The notes under the pieces were generated by a model. It was not told where the DNA came from. It worked only from the letters and a program-made list of their open reading frames with translations, and did no database searches. Source: Ylistrum balloti (lineage: Eukaryota). Taken from it: DNA of 64,000 bases. Position 1 is the stretch's first letter; each line of letters starts with the position of its first letter. The stretch covers positions 434,001 through 498,000 of the forward strand of contig NW_026782573.1 of the NCBI RefSeq assembly GCF_031769215.1, written 5' to 3'. The position numbers were made by a program, and so were the translations under genes. Below are positions 52,445 to 64,000 of the stretch, one piece after another.

Positions 52445-53071
52445 AGCACATGATTTCACTAATAACCTGTGATGATGTAAGTAAAGAGTATGAATATTGT
52501 ACAAAAGATACACAAGTGAATAACACTTGTTTTATAATTCAGAGTGGGATGCAGTACAGCCAAACACTAAATCAAACTGCATCATACAGCTGTTTCGTCC
52601 TTCTAGGAGTCGTCAGTGATGCTAAGGGCCTACAGAAAGATATTTATATAAGCTTACAACAATCCCTCATTCATAATGTTTCAAATGAATATTTTTGAAA
52701 TAAAGAATATGACAACATAATATCTGTTTATAATGACGACAAAACCACACGTTACATCATACAAGCTATAATTCGACAGCCAAATTAAACACCTAAACGC
52801 GTAATGCATAAGTAATATGATGAGATATTTCCTGTTTTATAACAAATGACGCGGGAAAAAAATCAAGCCATTATCTATGGCAAATTATCAGAATATAAAA
52901 AATGGATAGACGGAAGATATGTTGAAGATATAAACACTGACTAAATGATTTAAAATATTAATTTCAGAGTAATATGGACAACTTTGTCCACCTAAACACG
53001 AGGAAACTAAGAAACGTCAACAATATCAGTGTTTTACTAATAGTTATCTATGGAAAATTCAACATATTTAC

Positions 53072-53524
53072 CAAGGTCTCTCCGTTTCCGATTGTCTACT
53101 CTGTTCGCTGAAGCAGAGGCACAGAACCGACAACAAGAAATCACATTATGTGGGTTAGAACAGAAAATGTGGGGCATTCCACCATGTTTGTAATATGGAC
53201 TCCTCATCATCATTCGTCGGCAATTGTCTGCGCCAATTCTGTCCTCACACATATTTTCACTTTCGGCGTCACGCCTCTTACGAAGGTGAGATTCGGCCAT
53301 GTTTCCAGCTTTCGTCAAACTGAATGGTGCAGATTTCATTCGAAGGTAATCGTTTTTATCTTTCTTATCTCCGTAACCATCGTTACCTTTTATAATATTG
53401 TTTATGAAATCGCCAAAATCACCGTCCTCTTTTCCTCGTTTTCCGTCGTTGTTATCAAAGCCATCCAGAAAATTGTATATAGAATCATAAAATTTGTCAT
53501 CATCTTGATCGCCTTGGCCGTAGC
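53072..53524 (-). CDS. Orphan secreted precursor, exon 4 (acidic spacer, GKR, RKRR, PLAC-like domain 3, RKRR)
   Basis: ttttcag acceptor and g|gtaaat donor. 453 nt fully open: YGQGDQDDDKFYDSIYNFLDGFDNNDGKRGKEDGDF...HLRKRRDAESENMCEDRIGADNC...CSNPHNVISCCRFC...RKRRDL. Confidence 0.88.
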
Positions 53525-54281
53525 CTGAAAATGGAGATGAATTTCTAACACAATTGTACTAACGCAAGAAATCATTGGGATGAATTATTTTTCGGGAGAG
53601 ATGACTTACAACAATACAATGAACTGATGAAACTGACTTGTTGCAGAGATTTTGAACTTACACATAATACAATGCCTTTCAGTGTATATATAAACAAGAT
53701 ACTGCAATTAATCTAAGACACTTCGTAAAATGCCATTTTCGTCAACATACTCACCCCCAAAGTTGTCAAGGATATTTTGCATTTTCTTGTAAGGATGTTT
53801 CACTGAAAGTGCATAGACAAAAGACTATGAACAATTATTACAGATATATCGTTTCTATGTGACACTTCTACTATCAGTATGTGTATATGTTTGTATTCGA
53901 CTTATTGTACTATCAATCTTTAACTAACACGTGTTTTGTGTATCTTTAGTAATTAAATTAGTGTTTCTTTAATTCGTATAAATCGCATGTCTCACATTCA
54001 TCAATATATATATGTATATCATTTCTACATTTTTAATCTATTTTAATCTTCAACATAAAAATAAAACACAGTTTCAAAATATCAATATAAAGTGCAACAA
54101 TAAAAGTCGGTGTGAAGTTTATAACCCATTTGGTTATGCTCAAGTCCAATTTTCCGTTGAACTGACATGGGTCCAATTCAGTAAAAGACTCGGCGAATGT
54201 TTACTTATCTCAATATTGCACAAACCGTAAGGTAAGAAAATGAATTTAAAGCAATCGTTCTTTCTGAGGCTATATACCCAC

Positions 54282-54482
54282 TCCATTCATCCATGACGAG
54301 ACTGCTCCAATCTTTTCCCATTCCATATTTGCAGAACCTGCAGCACATTCCCGCGTACTTTTCATCTTTACACATAGCCTTAGTGTTTTTGCCATATGCC
54401 TTATCACGAATATCCATACATTGCGAGTACTTCATTGTGTCCTTACAATCAACCGTCAAGTACATAAACTTTGTAGCCATAT
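54282..54482 (-). CDS. Orphan secreted precursor, exon 3 (PLAC-like domain 2)
   Basis: tttttcag acceptor. MATKFMYLTVDCKDTMKYSQCMDIRDKAYGKNTKAMCKDEKYAGMCCRFCKYG...DEW. The donor a|gtgggt was chosen for phase-1 compatibility and is less certain. Confidence 0.8.
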
Positions 54483-54873
54483 CTGAAAAATAAATACGTT
54501 CTGAACATAATACTCATCGGAGTTCTTGTTCTAAATGATAATATGAAATATCACAAGCTGTCATGGTACAGAAAAAAATAGACCACGCCAATTTCGGGCA
54601 ATGATAGAACAGCATGTGGCATTTGTTCTTTGACAATTTTCTTGCATCAATAACCATCAAACCATCTAATATGTACTGATCAATTCACGCAAAGACATGG
54701 CCAGTTTTCATCAAATTTTCACTTCTTCATTAGATGGATAAATGATTTTTTTATGCAAGTTTAAAAAAATGAAATGACTTCATTCAGTAGTAACATTGAT
54801 AGCTATTGTTTAAAACATGGACTTAACAACGTTAGGGTTTAAATTCAACGAAAAAAAACCCATTTATTCTTAC

Positions 54874-55137
54874 CTATGATATCGTTGTTGTAGGGGTTAC
54901 TATTGTCACAAGTGAGTTTGTTGAGGCAAAATGCGCAACATTCATCCACAGTCTTGTATCCGAAACACATGTCGTAAATATTATCTTTATATCTGTTTTT
55001 AAGAATTCTTGCGCATTTCTTTTCGCTGAAATTGTTCTTGCAGTCCTTCGGTTTTGGCATCAGATCAACACACATTGTATCTATAATAGCACATATATCA
55101 TTATCGTCATCAATAGAGCGAGGTTTAATATCAACAA
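54874..55137 (-). CDS. Orphan secreted precursor, exon 2 (PLAC-like domain 1)
   Basis: tag acceptor and g|gtaag donor. VDIKPRSIDDDNDICAIIDTMCVDLMPKPKDCKNNFSEKKCARILKNRYKDNIYDMCFGYKTVDECCAFCLNKLTCDNSNPYNNDII. Confidence 0.88.
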
Positions 55138-55394
55138 CTATACCACAGAGATAACAAAATACAATGGAGCAAAGAGTATTATTCTATTCAATTTGTAGTA
55201 TTTCAAAGCAGCAAATGTTTTGTAACTTCATAACAGGCATGGTAATATCTAATAACATTTTTAAAATAATTAATGCGAACATTATTGAAGCAATTTTCAC
55301 TAATTAATCCAGTTATCATTAAATAGTCAGATTAATGTATCAAAGTCAAAATAATGTTTCATTAGTCATAACCTATAAATGAACAAATCATATC

Positions 55395-55905
55395 TAATCC
55401 AGTCAATGCTTAATCGATAACCACTTATCCAGTCATCATTAGTGTGGTTACCAATAAACGGGTTATCAGTAACCGAGTTACCACCAATCCCGTTAATCCA
55501 GTCAATGCTTAATCGATAACCACTTATCCAGTCACCATTAGTGTGGTTACCAATAAACCGGTTATCAATAACCGAGTTACCACCAATCCCGTTAATCCAG
55601 TCAATGCTTAATCGATAACCACTTATCCAGTCACCATTAGTGTGGTTACCAATAAACCGGTTATCAATAACCGAGTTACCACCAAACCTGTTAATCCAGT
55701 CAACACTTAACAGCTACCACTTATCCAGTCACCATTAGTGTGGTTACCAATAAACGGGTTATCAGTAACCGAGTTACCACCAAACCCGTTAATCCAGTCA
55801 CCATTAGTGTGGTTACCAATAAACCGGTTATCAATAACCGATTCACCACCAAAACCGTTAATCCAGTCACCACTTAACAACTACCACTAATCCCGTTAAC
55901 CAATC
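55395..55905. repeat. 99-bp tandem repeat, ~5 copies, in intron 1 of the PLAC-like gene
   Basis: taatccagtc recurs at 55395, 55494, 55593, 55692 and 55790. The last unit is internally deleted. Confidence 0.95.
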
Positions 55906-56643
55906 CAAGTCAGGTCAAACTGTTCAGTTAGCGTTTAACTGGTTATTGTTAATAATCCAGTTTACACGAACCAATTACCACATACCAAAACATATTTTTA
56001 AAAAAATATACATTCAAACCGGTGACCTATTCTTCAGGCACAATTTCTCGGAAACTTTGTCCTCTTAACTAAACTAATTACTTCGTATCAAATCAGTTAT
56101 AGCGGTAAAAATGTATGCGGTCATACCCAAACCGAATATTTATCATCCTGTCACAATTTTGGTGGTAACTATTTATTTGGCTGCAAACCAAACTAATTAT
56201 TTATTATCCAGTATCAATTATATTGGGATCTATTTATGCGGCCAAACCCGTCAATCTTTTAACCTTAATCTTTTAGACCTTAATCATTATCGTTTTACAG
56301 TCGTACTGGTAAATATTGTTTTGATCTCAACTAACCCACTCACGCATGGGTAGAAGTCTTAGAGTATAAGCAATTTTGACTTGATTTTGAGAATCTCTTT
56401 TATAAGTGCTTCATTAATGCCCGATTCGATGCCCAACGAAACATTTGTTGATATATAATGCCAATGTTAGGATTTAAAACTAGTTGCGTGTATTGGAATA
56501 AACATGTAATTTTACTCGCTTAAATATGATCTATCATCAAAGATGTGATGAAACATTTAAAAACCATATGTACTTCATTCAAAACCACTCTAGATGTACA
56601 CCATAGACCATATTTGTTAAAAGTATGAAAATCTTATTTTTAC

Positions 56644-56719
56644 CTGTGATGTAACCAGATATCAGCAACAGCATAAAAACCCACACAGTTCCGGCCATTT
56701 CTTTGGTGTGTGGATCCAT
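56644..56719 (-). CDS. Orphan secreted precursor, exon 1 (signal peptide)
   Basis: Good Kozak context (acgccATGG). MDPHTKEMAGTVWVFMLLLISGYIT has a hydrophobic core. g|gtaaaa phase-1 donor. Confidence 0.82.
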
Positions 56720-56779
56720 GGCGTATTTCAAATTTACAATATTGGATAACTACTTCCTAAATCAATTAGACAATAAGTA

Positions 56780-56816
56780 TTGCAACTGCCTTAGGGTATC
56801 TGTGTCGTTATATAGA
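56780..56816 (-). promoter_or_regulatory. TATA box plus initiator-like core promoter of the PLAC-like precursor gene
   Basis: TATATAA at 56815-56809, with an Inr-like GCAGTT about 28 nt downstream (A at 56787), ~70 nt before the ATG. Confidence 0.55.
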
Positions 56817-58686
56817 AGCCAACAATGTTATTATCATTTGTTTCTCTGGTCACTTACTGGCCAGGCTGCGTCAGTTGGCTAGAAGACAATAACTGGGACG
56901 TGATAACAATTCCAGTGGTTTCTAGACAAAACTAAATGGAGTACGTCCAAAATTTAGCGAACAATGCTATGAAATGAACAACCTGAGCAATATGACTTTG
57001 CCTCATATAGAACAAATAGGAAATCAGTACTGGTTTCTATACTTTTTACAAAATTTTATAAACTATTTAATCTATGTATTTTTTTAAACATTAAAATAAT
57101 TTTTGTTTCCAAAAACTGACCAATATCGTCTCGAAGGTTAGATTGACTTCTGTACGAGCACCAGAATTGCTGACTGTTACACATTAAAATATTTCCTGAG
57201 GATGGATATCTCATTCTATTACATACTACATACTCTACTAATAACCTCATCAGTTCCTCCTGTTACATTCGATTATATTCTAAAATTGATCATGCGATCT
57301 TATTAAGGTATATTTCCAGTATTGTAAAGAGGTGACAGATAGTAACACGCACAATGGCTTATGATCGATTCTAGAGGCCTTTTCTCGACATGAATTCTCA
57401 TTAGAACATTTAACTTCTGCAGAAACAAAGAGTAATATAACGCAAAAAATTGGGGTAGTTAAGATATATTTTAAAATTTCAGAACTGAATAAATAATGCT
57501 GTTTTGTGATGAAGGAATATTGATCAAGAATATATATGAAACGAAATAAATGTGTTTTCAATAAGATTTATCTTTCAAAAGGTATTCTGAGAAATCCAAT
57601 TTGCCTTAGAATAAACATACAGTTAATTTTGATAAACAAAATGAGAATTTGCGAAAACAAAACTAATAAGTTTCTTAGCGGGTTTTTTTTAAAGTAGGCA
57701 TCCAAATGCAACATTGGTGTATTTCAAATAGTTCAGTACAAAAGAAAAACACTACCAATAACATCATGGGCAAGAATTTAATGAAAATTCTTAAACATGA
57801 TTAATAAATTAGTTAACACCACTACATGATCCATTTTCAAAACGAAAAGTGTGTAGTAATAAATTTTGTTCATACTAATCGATAGATTATTGTTTAACAC
57901 TGAAAATGTAGTTTTTCAGTACCAGGTACATTGTTCTTTTGGGAACATTAAGCTATTTTTATAGATATTAAAAATGATTTAATCTCATTCCTCGGATTCC
58001 GACGTTATAATTAAAAGGTGTCTAATGCATGTCGTTTGATATAGTATTTTCGATTAAACTTGTCATTTGAACTGAATATCCGGTGTACAAAATATATCTG
58101 GATAATAAAGATGATTTTTTTTCATCTGATAGTCTGTATCATTGGAAAAAAAGAAAAACCGTGGCATTCTCAAATCACTTTTGCATTGTCAGTATAACAT
58201 ACAATGTACATCTTCGCGTTAACGTAAGACTAAGTAAGGTATACATATAAACTAAACGATTCTGATTCTAGTGTCGATTGATATCCTGCAACAATTGTTT
58301 CATTCATTAATAAGTTACACAGTAAACATTGAAGACTTGACGTACAATACAGGTGGTGATTGTTTTCACGATGACCACAAAAATAACTGTCACGGATTCC
58401 ACTAAAAGCAATCAATATCGTATGGAGATTTTGCCTTGAGGCACGGCAAGAATACATACCGGAGGTAGTATGAAGGGAGTGACTGATATCAATGTCGTTT
58501 TCAGCGTGAACCAATAACTAAACTACTAACTGTCTTGTGTATTAGAGGTGTGGGACCGAATGTCAAAATAAACCACATTTATGTAAACATCCCCCCCTCC
58601 TCCCCCCAATCCTTACTACTATTTATACATTTACGTATATACCTAAACCTCCACATACTTATACGCTATAGTTAAAATATGTGGAA

Positions 58687-58689
<3 letters not shown>

Positions 58690-58764
<75 letters not shown>
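58690..58764. repeat. (GA)n microsatellite, ~37 units
   Basis: Uninterrupted GA dinucleotide run. Confidence 0.98.
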
Positions 58765-58766
<2 letters not shown>

Positions 58767-59825
58767 GAAAAAACATATGCTACCATAGTCTAAAGAATAA
58801 CACTTGCAATCTAAGTTCATGAGTGCATTGAACCATAAACGTAGATTTGAAAACGAATAAAACTATATTAATGCACTTTGATATAAAATAATTAGGTAAT
58901 GTTAACATATGATAATATATATCAACTAAATAATCAGTCAAATAATGGCTTAAAATAGATAGGTACAGAATAATTATATCTTTAGAATCAAACATTTATC
59001 AAAGGTACTCACTGCTAAGTAATGGATAAGTGATTAATTTGACTGAAGTGTTTTTATACAACTACATATAAGTACAGAAATAGGGCATGCCATTTATATA
59101 TACAGTAATTGGATAAACATATGTACACTGTTGCGTTATACTTTTTCGAAGGAAAGAATCAGACAGAAAAAAAGCACTGCCGCAAATTATGACAATATAG
59201 AAAAATTAAGAACGTATATCATAAAAAATAGGGTAAGAAGTGTAACTTGGAATAATTAGAGATTTAGACGACGATTCATCACTGTTACCTACTCAAACCT
59301 GGTCTCCTTGCTTCCTCGTAAGTTCAACAACACGGTGACAAAATTAAAGATGAAGATTTTGTTTTAGTATGAGCGATGATATGTTTTGATTTTATCTTAT
59401 CTATGTAACATTTGTAACAATTAATATCAGCCTAATGTACGTTCATTACAATGGTACTGATATACCTTAGACTAATAATAGTCATGGTTGAATGATTGGC
59501 ATAAGAGACGATATAATAATAGATACATATCAGTTTATTTTTCTTTCATCAAATAAATAATATAATCAACAACACGTGTATTTTAATATCTTCAGGTGGT
59601 TTAGTTCTAAACCATTATAATATCATAAATATAAGCTGATCAACGACTAATAATTATACGCAATCTGCACGGAAAGATATTAAATTACAAAGGTTGCTAC
59701 ACCTGTAAATGTTATATGATAATAAACATGCTGATTTTTATTAAAACAAATATCACATATGGAAGTAGCAAACTTTGTAATAAAATTTAGTCCAGAGAAA
59801 AGATTGCTAATATTCATGATCGGCT

Positions 59826-60301
59826 TCAATCACTAGAAAATCCTTTCATCCAACGACCTTCGAAATTGTTCAGCTTTGCTCTTGTCCTTGTCCTAATGAC
59901 GGCGTCTTTTATGCGAGCAGAAGGTTTCCTTGATTTTCCCGCAGTATTTCGAGACGGTTTTGAGGTGGTCTTTACTTTTCTTGGGATGACCTTTTTAGTT
60001 GGTTTGGCAACATGACATCGCTTTGATCGCTTAATTGAGCATTTATGACACCGTTTACCGCCTCTTAAAAGAACAATAGTGAGGTAACGACACGACTTAG
60101 GCGTGGCAACCGGACATTGTAACTTCAGACAGGAAGTGATACGCTTGGACGGAACAATTCTTGTTCGATGGATTGTACTAGTTTCCGTCGGTCGTTTGAC
60201 TTTGTGTGAAGAGGCGTTTCCTTTCGTGACAGGTTTGACACTGGAAATAACTTTTCGAATTCTGCTTTTTGAGGAAACAGAGGCTCTGCCGGGAGTTATA
60301 C
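59826..60301 (-). CDS. Orphan basic secreted protein, terminal exon (K/R/S/T-rich with a 6-Cys module)
   Basis: tttttgtag acceptor, phase 1. 158-codon open frame missing from the ORF track: ITPGRASVSSKSRIRKV...CLKLQCPVATPKSCRYLTIVLLRGGKRCHKCSIKRSKRC...RTRTRAKLNNFEGRWMKGFSSD*. Confidence 0.8.
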
Positions 60302-60930
60302 CTACAAAAACAAAAACAAAAACTGGTGAAGTTTTTTATGCATATTTAGACTTTTGATTGCATAATATAATATACACATTAAACAGAATTTTCCTTTTCA
60401 AGATGTTCTAAATATCAACATTAAATTTGATGTTTATGTCCAGGACTGGATCTAAAAAATTCAATACGGACTAAGATTGTATAACATTAAAATAGTAAAC
60501 AATTGTGGTTGTGATGATTGCATCATCGCTATTGATCAGATTTATTATTGTACTTTAATATTGATTCACTCACTGTCGATACACTCAATATACACAGCAT
60601 TTACAAATTTTCATGAAATTACATTTTCTGAGGACTTGTTCAAGGTCTTGACGACATGTAGGAACACAAGGTCTTACGTTTTTTTCAAATGATGGATTGG
60701 TGTGCGAACATTTTTACCTTCAATAAATCAGATAAATACGTTTCCGGCTTCACTGAATAATAACGAAAATCGATTATTTCACATTACCCGATATTATATC
60801 CATTCAATAATGAAAACATATATATATAGTCTTGTTTCTATGATGTTGACAGTTGACTTCTTATAGTCATTATAGAAATCATTTTTTACGTTTTATATAA
60901 CAGCTTTATAATGCAAAGCCAGTGTAATAC

Positions 60931-61047
60931 TGAGTATTGTTTTATGCATTTTTAACAACGCCATCTTATTTGTGTTCTTCGCATGAATGAAACTACTGTA
61001 TGATTTCTGTTTTTTCATTGCCCTGCTTCTAAGCTTGTCATCATCCG
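60931..61047 (-). CDS. Possible internal exon of the basic secreted protein
   Basis: aag acceptor after a pyrimidine tract. K-rich DDDKLRSRAMKKQKSYSSFIHAKNTNKMALLKMHKTIL, phase 1-1. The donor gtatta is weak. Confidence 0.3.
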
Positions 61048-63659
61048 CTTTCAGGACAAAAAGAAAATACACTATTGCGATACACATACAACGTCAAATA
61101 TTTGAAAGGCACATCATTGACAGGAAACACGAAACCACTGTCATATAGGTAATCAAAGTTGACATTAACAACGACTAAACATGGAAGTGACTGTGTTCTG
61201 CATGACGTGTCATCATGAGAATTAGTTTTAACCAATGAGCGGCGGTGTTACATTTCGCCTACAGACAACGTGTCCATGTAAGCTGTCAAGTTACAGTAAA
61301 GTCTTTAGTCAAGACAACATTAAAATTGTGTATTAGTTTGAACTGTGGAATTTGATATCTTTATAAACATGCCAATACAAATGAAACCAGGAATAAAATA
61401 AAATAAATAATTCTATCAAATATGTCATGACATGACATCATTAACTTTTTATTTCTGATTAAATAAAGTTCTATAATCAAAATATATTTTGAATCATGTT
61501 TATAATAGGTATTACTTGTGCAGATTATTTATATGAATAAAGACATAATTTTTATATTTGATTGTTTTTTTTCGATCACTTTTGATTTTCTTCATCGCCT
61601 ACTAGGCTTTAAAATTTAGGCATTTAGTATCACTGACGAGTCATCGAAGGATTGGTATAATGCAATTTAATTGTTTGTTTTGCTCTAAAGTATCTAACTC
61701 TAAAATATTAAAAGGTGCTGTACATTTGTGTGCTTTGGTGCAATCTCTATCATCATGGTATGTAAATATATACATATGTATATCGATGAACGAAGGACAG
61801 TTTTAATAAATCACTGTAGTGGTATATATATATATATCCTGTCTGATATTAAGCTGATGAGTGGGCTGTGCTGTATATTTGCTTCGGTTATCTATATTTT
61901 CGGACATTGATATACAACATAGGTCTCTCATAAATGTATTGCTTATCTATTATCCCGAGTGTTGTGTTTAACACATCCAACTTGTCGACAGCGACCAAGC
62001 TGACTGTCGCCATCTCGTCTATGTGTCGTATGGTATCAAAGCGAATAGTTGTCAATTTTACTCTCGAACAGGTCATAGACAATATATATATAGCAATCAC
62101 CCAGCAATACCGTAATCAAAAGATCTACATCTCACATCTATTCTCAACCAATGAGATGCAAGATACTTTAGGGCATGTAATAAATATTTGGCAACTGTCG
62201 AATTAGTGGACCATCGATTTCTTCTGTGAAGTTCAATTAAAAACCGAAAAGAAAAATAATATTAGTTTCATCTGTGACAAAAACAAACATTAATATGACA
62301 AGTAACTGATCACATATCTATATCTAAATTTGTGGTTGTATATCAATAATTTTTCCATAATACGTGTCGCTACTCATCACAATTATGGTATTGTTTGCCT
62401 ATTTGATGGGCACTTATTTCGTTAACTGGTCATGCGTTTCTCCTTGCTTCGCAGCGCTTAGACATCGTGATCTTTACATTGTTTTCTTCCCATAAAATGA
62501 TCATTACTGTTGCGTATATCACCGATAAAGGCTCATTGTTTTTTGTAGTAATTGTCATCTATCAGTATTATTATATTTTTCAAAACTTTCTGGATGTGGG
62601 TGCCCAGGCCCCAATTGCTAAAAGGTTGATTAGAGTTAATAAGTGTTGAGACATTTTACCTATCTCAACGAATCTAATACTGTAAAATGTTGAAAAATAT
62701 TTGTTTTCTACTAATCTGAATTTTTCACTAACCATCTATTCACTCTAACCATGTGTCGAGCATCTGGGTCCTGAATGACTGTTCTCTCGAATCAAATTAT
62801 ATAGTAATTATCCGGGTGGATATTTGAAGTTATATCAAATCAATAAAGATTGCGATATTTATTATTTTATTTTATGTCACAAGACAAATCAGAAACATGT
62901 TCAAATGACAATGTTTAATAGATGTTATCAAACCGCCCATGAACTGCCTCTTATAAAACAAATCTGTTAAAATACAGATTGAAAACTTACAATTACTTGG
63001 ATCAATTGTTTTGAAGACGAAGACCTTTAGTATCTACACTGTTTGCGCATTACTCTTTAGTCATTAATTATTTAATTAAACGAAGCTTAGTCATTCAATA
63101 ACATCACGGTGTAAAATTACTGCTGATATGAACTCCTTCCTCTTAAAACCATCTAAAAGACATAATCAAAACTGAAATAATAAATATGTATACAGAATAT
63201 TTAGACGCCTGACACTAAATTGTACTCAATTCAGATTTCATAAAAAAACAAGTAAAACTGAAAACAATTAAATTGACTAATAAACAAGGTGAAGGGAGAA
63301 TACGAAGGAGAACTTAAAGGAAACAATATAAGCGAGAGGCACTTGTTTATTACAGAAAATACTCAAAACATGCAAACTCCGACCTGAAGTCAATAAGACT
63401 ACAGTAGTAGGAACTGATGGTTCAATTATAGCAATAAAGCGAAAACATGCATCGAAAACAAGTCAATTTCTCTGTTACAAAAATCGTTCAAGCACCAAAA
63501 TATGATATCCGTCACGACACAGCTGACAGCGAAACCGGGAAAAAAAATTAAAATTTCAATGATTTCACAAAGAAGATAATTAAATCTTCATGTTTCTTAG
63601 AAATCTGGTTATTCAGACTGCCGGAATATTCTAGTTAAATTATTGTGGGGTTACCTTAC

Positions 63660-63747
63660 CTTGACAATACGGTTGGTACAATGTCAGCACAATAAACACT
63701 ATCACCATCAGTCGACATCCACCAGACACAACTCGGAAGTAATCCAT
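63660..63747 (-). CDS. Orphan basic secreted protein, signal-peptide exon
   Basis: MDYFRVVSGGCRLMVIVFIVLTLYQPYCQ with a strong caag|gtaagg phase-1 donor, compatible with the 60301 acceptor. The linkage is inferred. Confidence 0.68.
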
Positions 63748-64000
63748 GTTTATAGTTATCAATATATCAGTTTGTTCAAATTGAGATATTGAAATTACGG
63801 AATCCCGAATCTAGCTTTAGAAGTCACAATTTAGATCTGGAAAGAAATCGAGGTGATGTGGTGTTTTATTTGCTTGTCAACGTCATTCTGCGTCATAAGT
63901 GATGCTCCCTAGTTGGCGGTGTATCAAAGCGATGTTCATATTTCAACAGTCCACACTGAGACTATTCTTTCTCTATGGTCGGCTTATTAGTAGTAGGAGC

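Noticed and set aside
14552-55905. Regular repeat arrays as possible CRISPR arrays
   Set aside because: They are head-to-tail tandem units with no unique spacers, in eukaryotic intron-containing DNA with no cas genes.
58230-58520. Cys/His-containing minus-strand ORF with possible small exons
   Set aside because: No consistent splice and phase chain and no recognisable domain.
61632-61660. CTGACGA...GAAG, resembling a hammerhead ribozyme core (also CTGATGA at ~15920 and ~23055)
   Set aside because: No GAAA with properly paired stems I-III could be built.

Overview
AT-rich, intron-rich animal genomic DNA. It is probably from a bivalve mollusc, an inference from the repeat types. All gene models below were spliced and translated by hand from GT-AG boundaries and codon phase. 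(1) Minus strand, ~2.3-33 kb (5' end possibly ~40 kb): an EPS8-family gene with a PTB domain and the EPS8 central region. Its SH3 and SAM exons should lie beyond the left edge. It shows candidate mutually exclusive exons, two micro-exons and alternative first exons. (2) Plus strand, 44.2-47.8 kb: a complete 4-exon BET1 Golgi SNARE gene (109 aa). (3) Minus strand, 51.9-56.7 kb: a complete 5-exon orphan secreted precursor (~392 aa). It has four PLAC-like six-cysteine domains (C-x8/9-C-x15/19-C-x8-CC-x2-C), one per exon, with RKRR and GKR processing sites. This is the best candidate for an undescribed system. (4) Minus strand, 59.8-63.7 kb: a second orphan secreted gene with a very basic K/R/S/T-rich terminal exon around a 6-Cys module. 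The rest is intronic or intergenic, with MITEs, Helentron-associated (HINE-like) satellite elements, a decayed LINE, minisatellites and microsatellites. Most ORFs in the supplied track are spurious.
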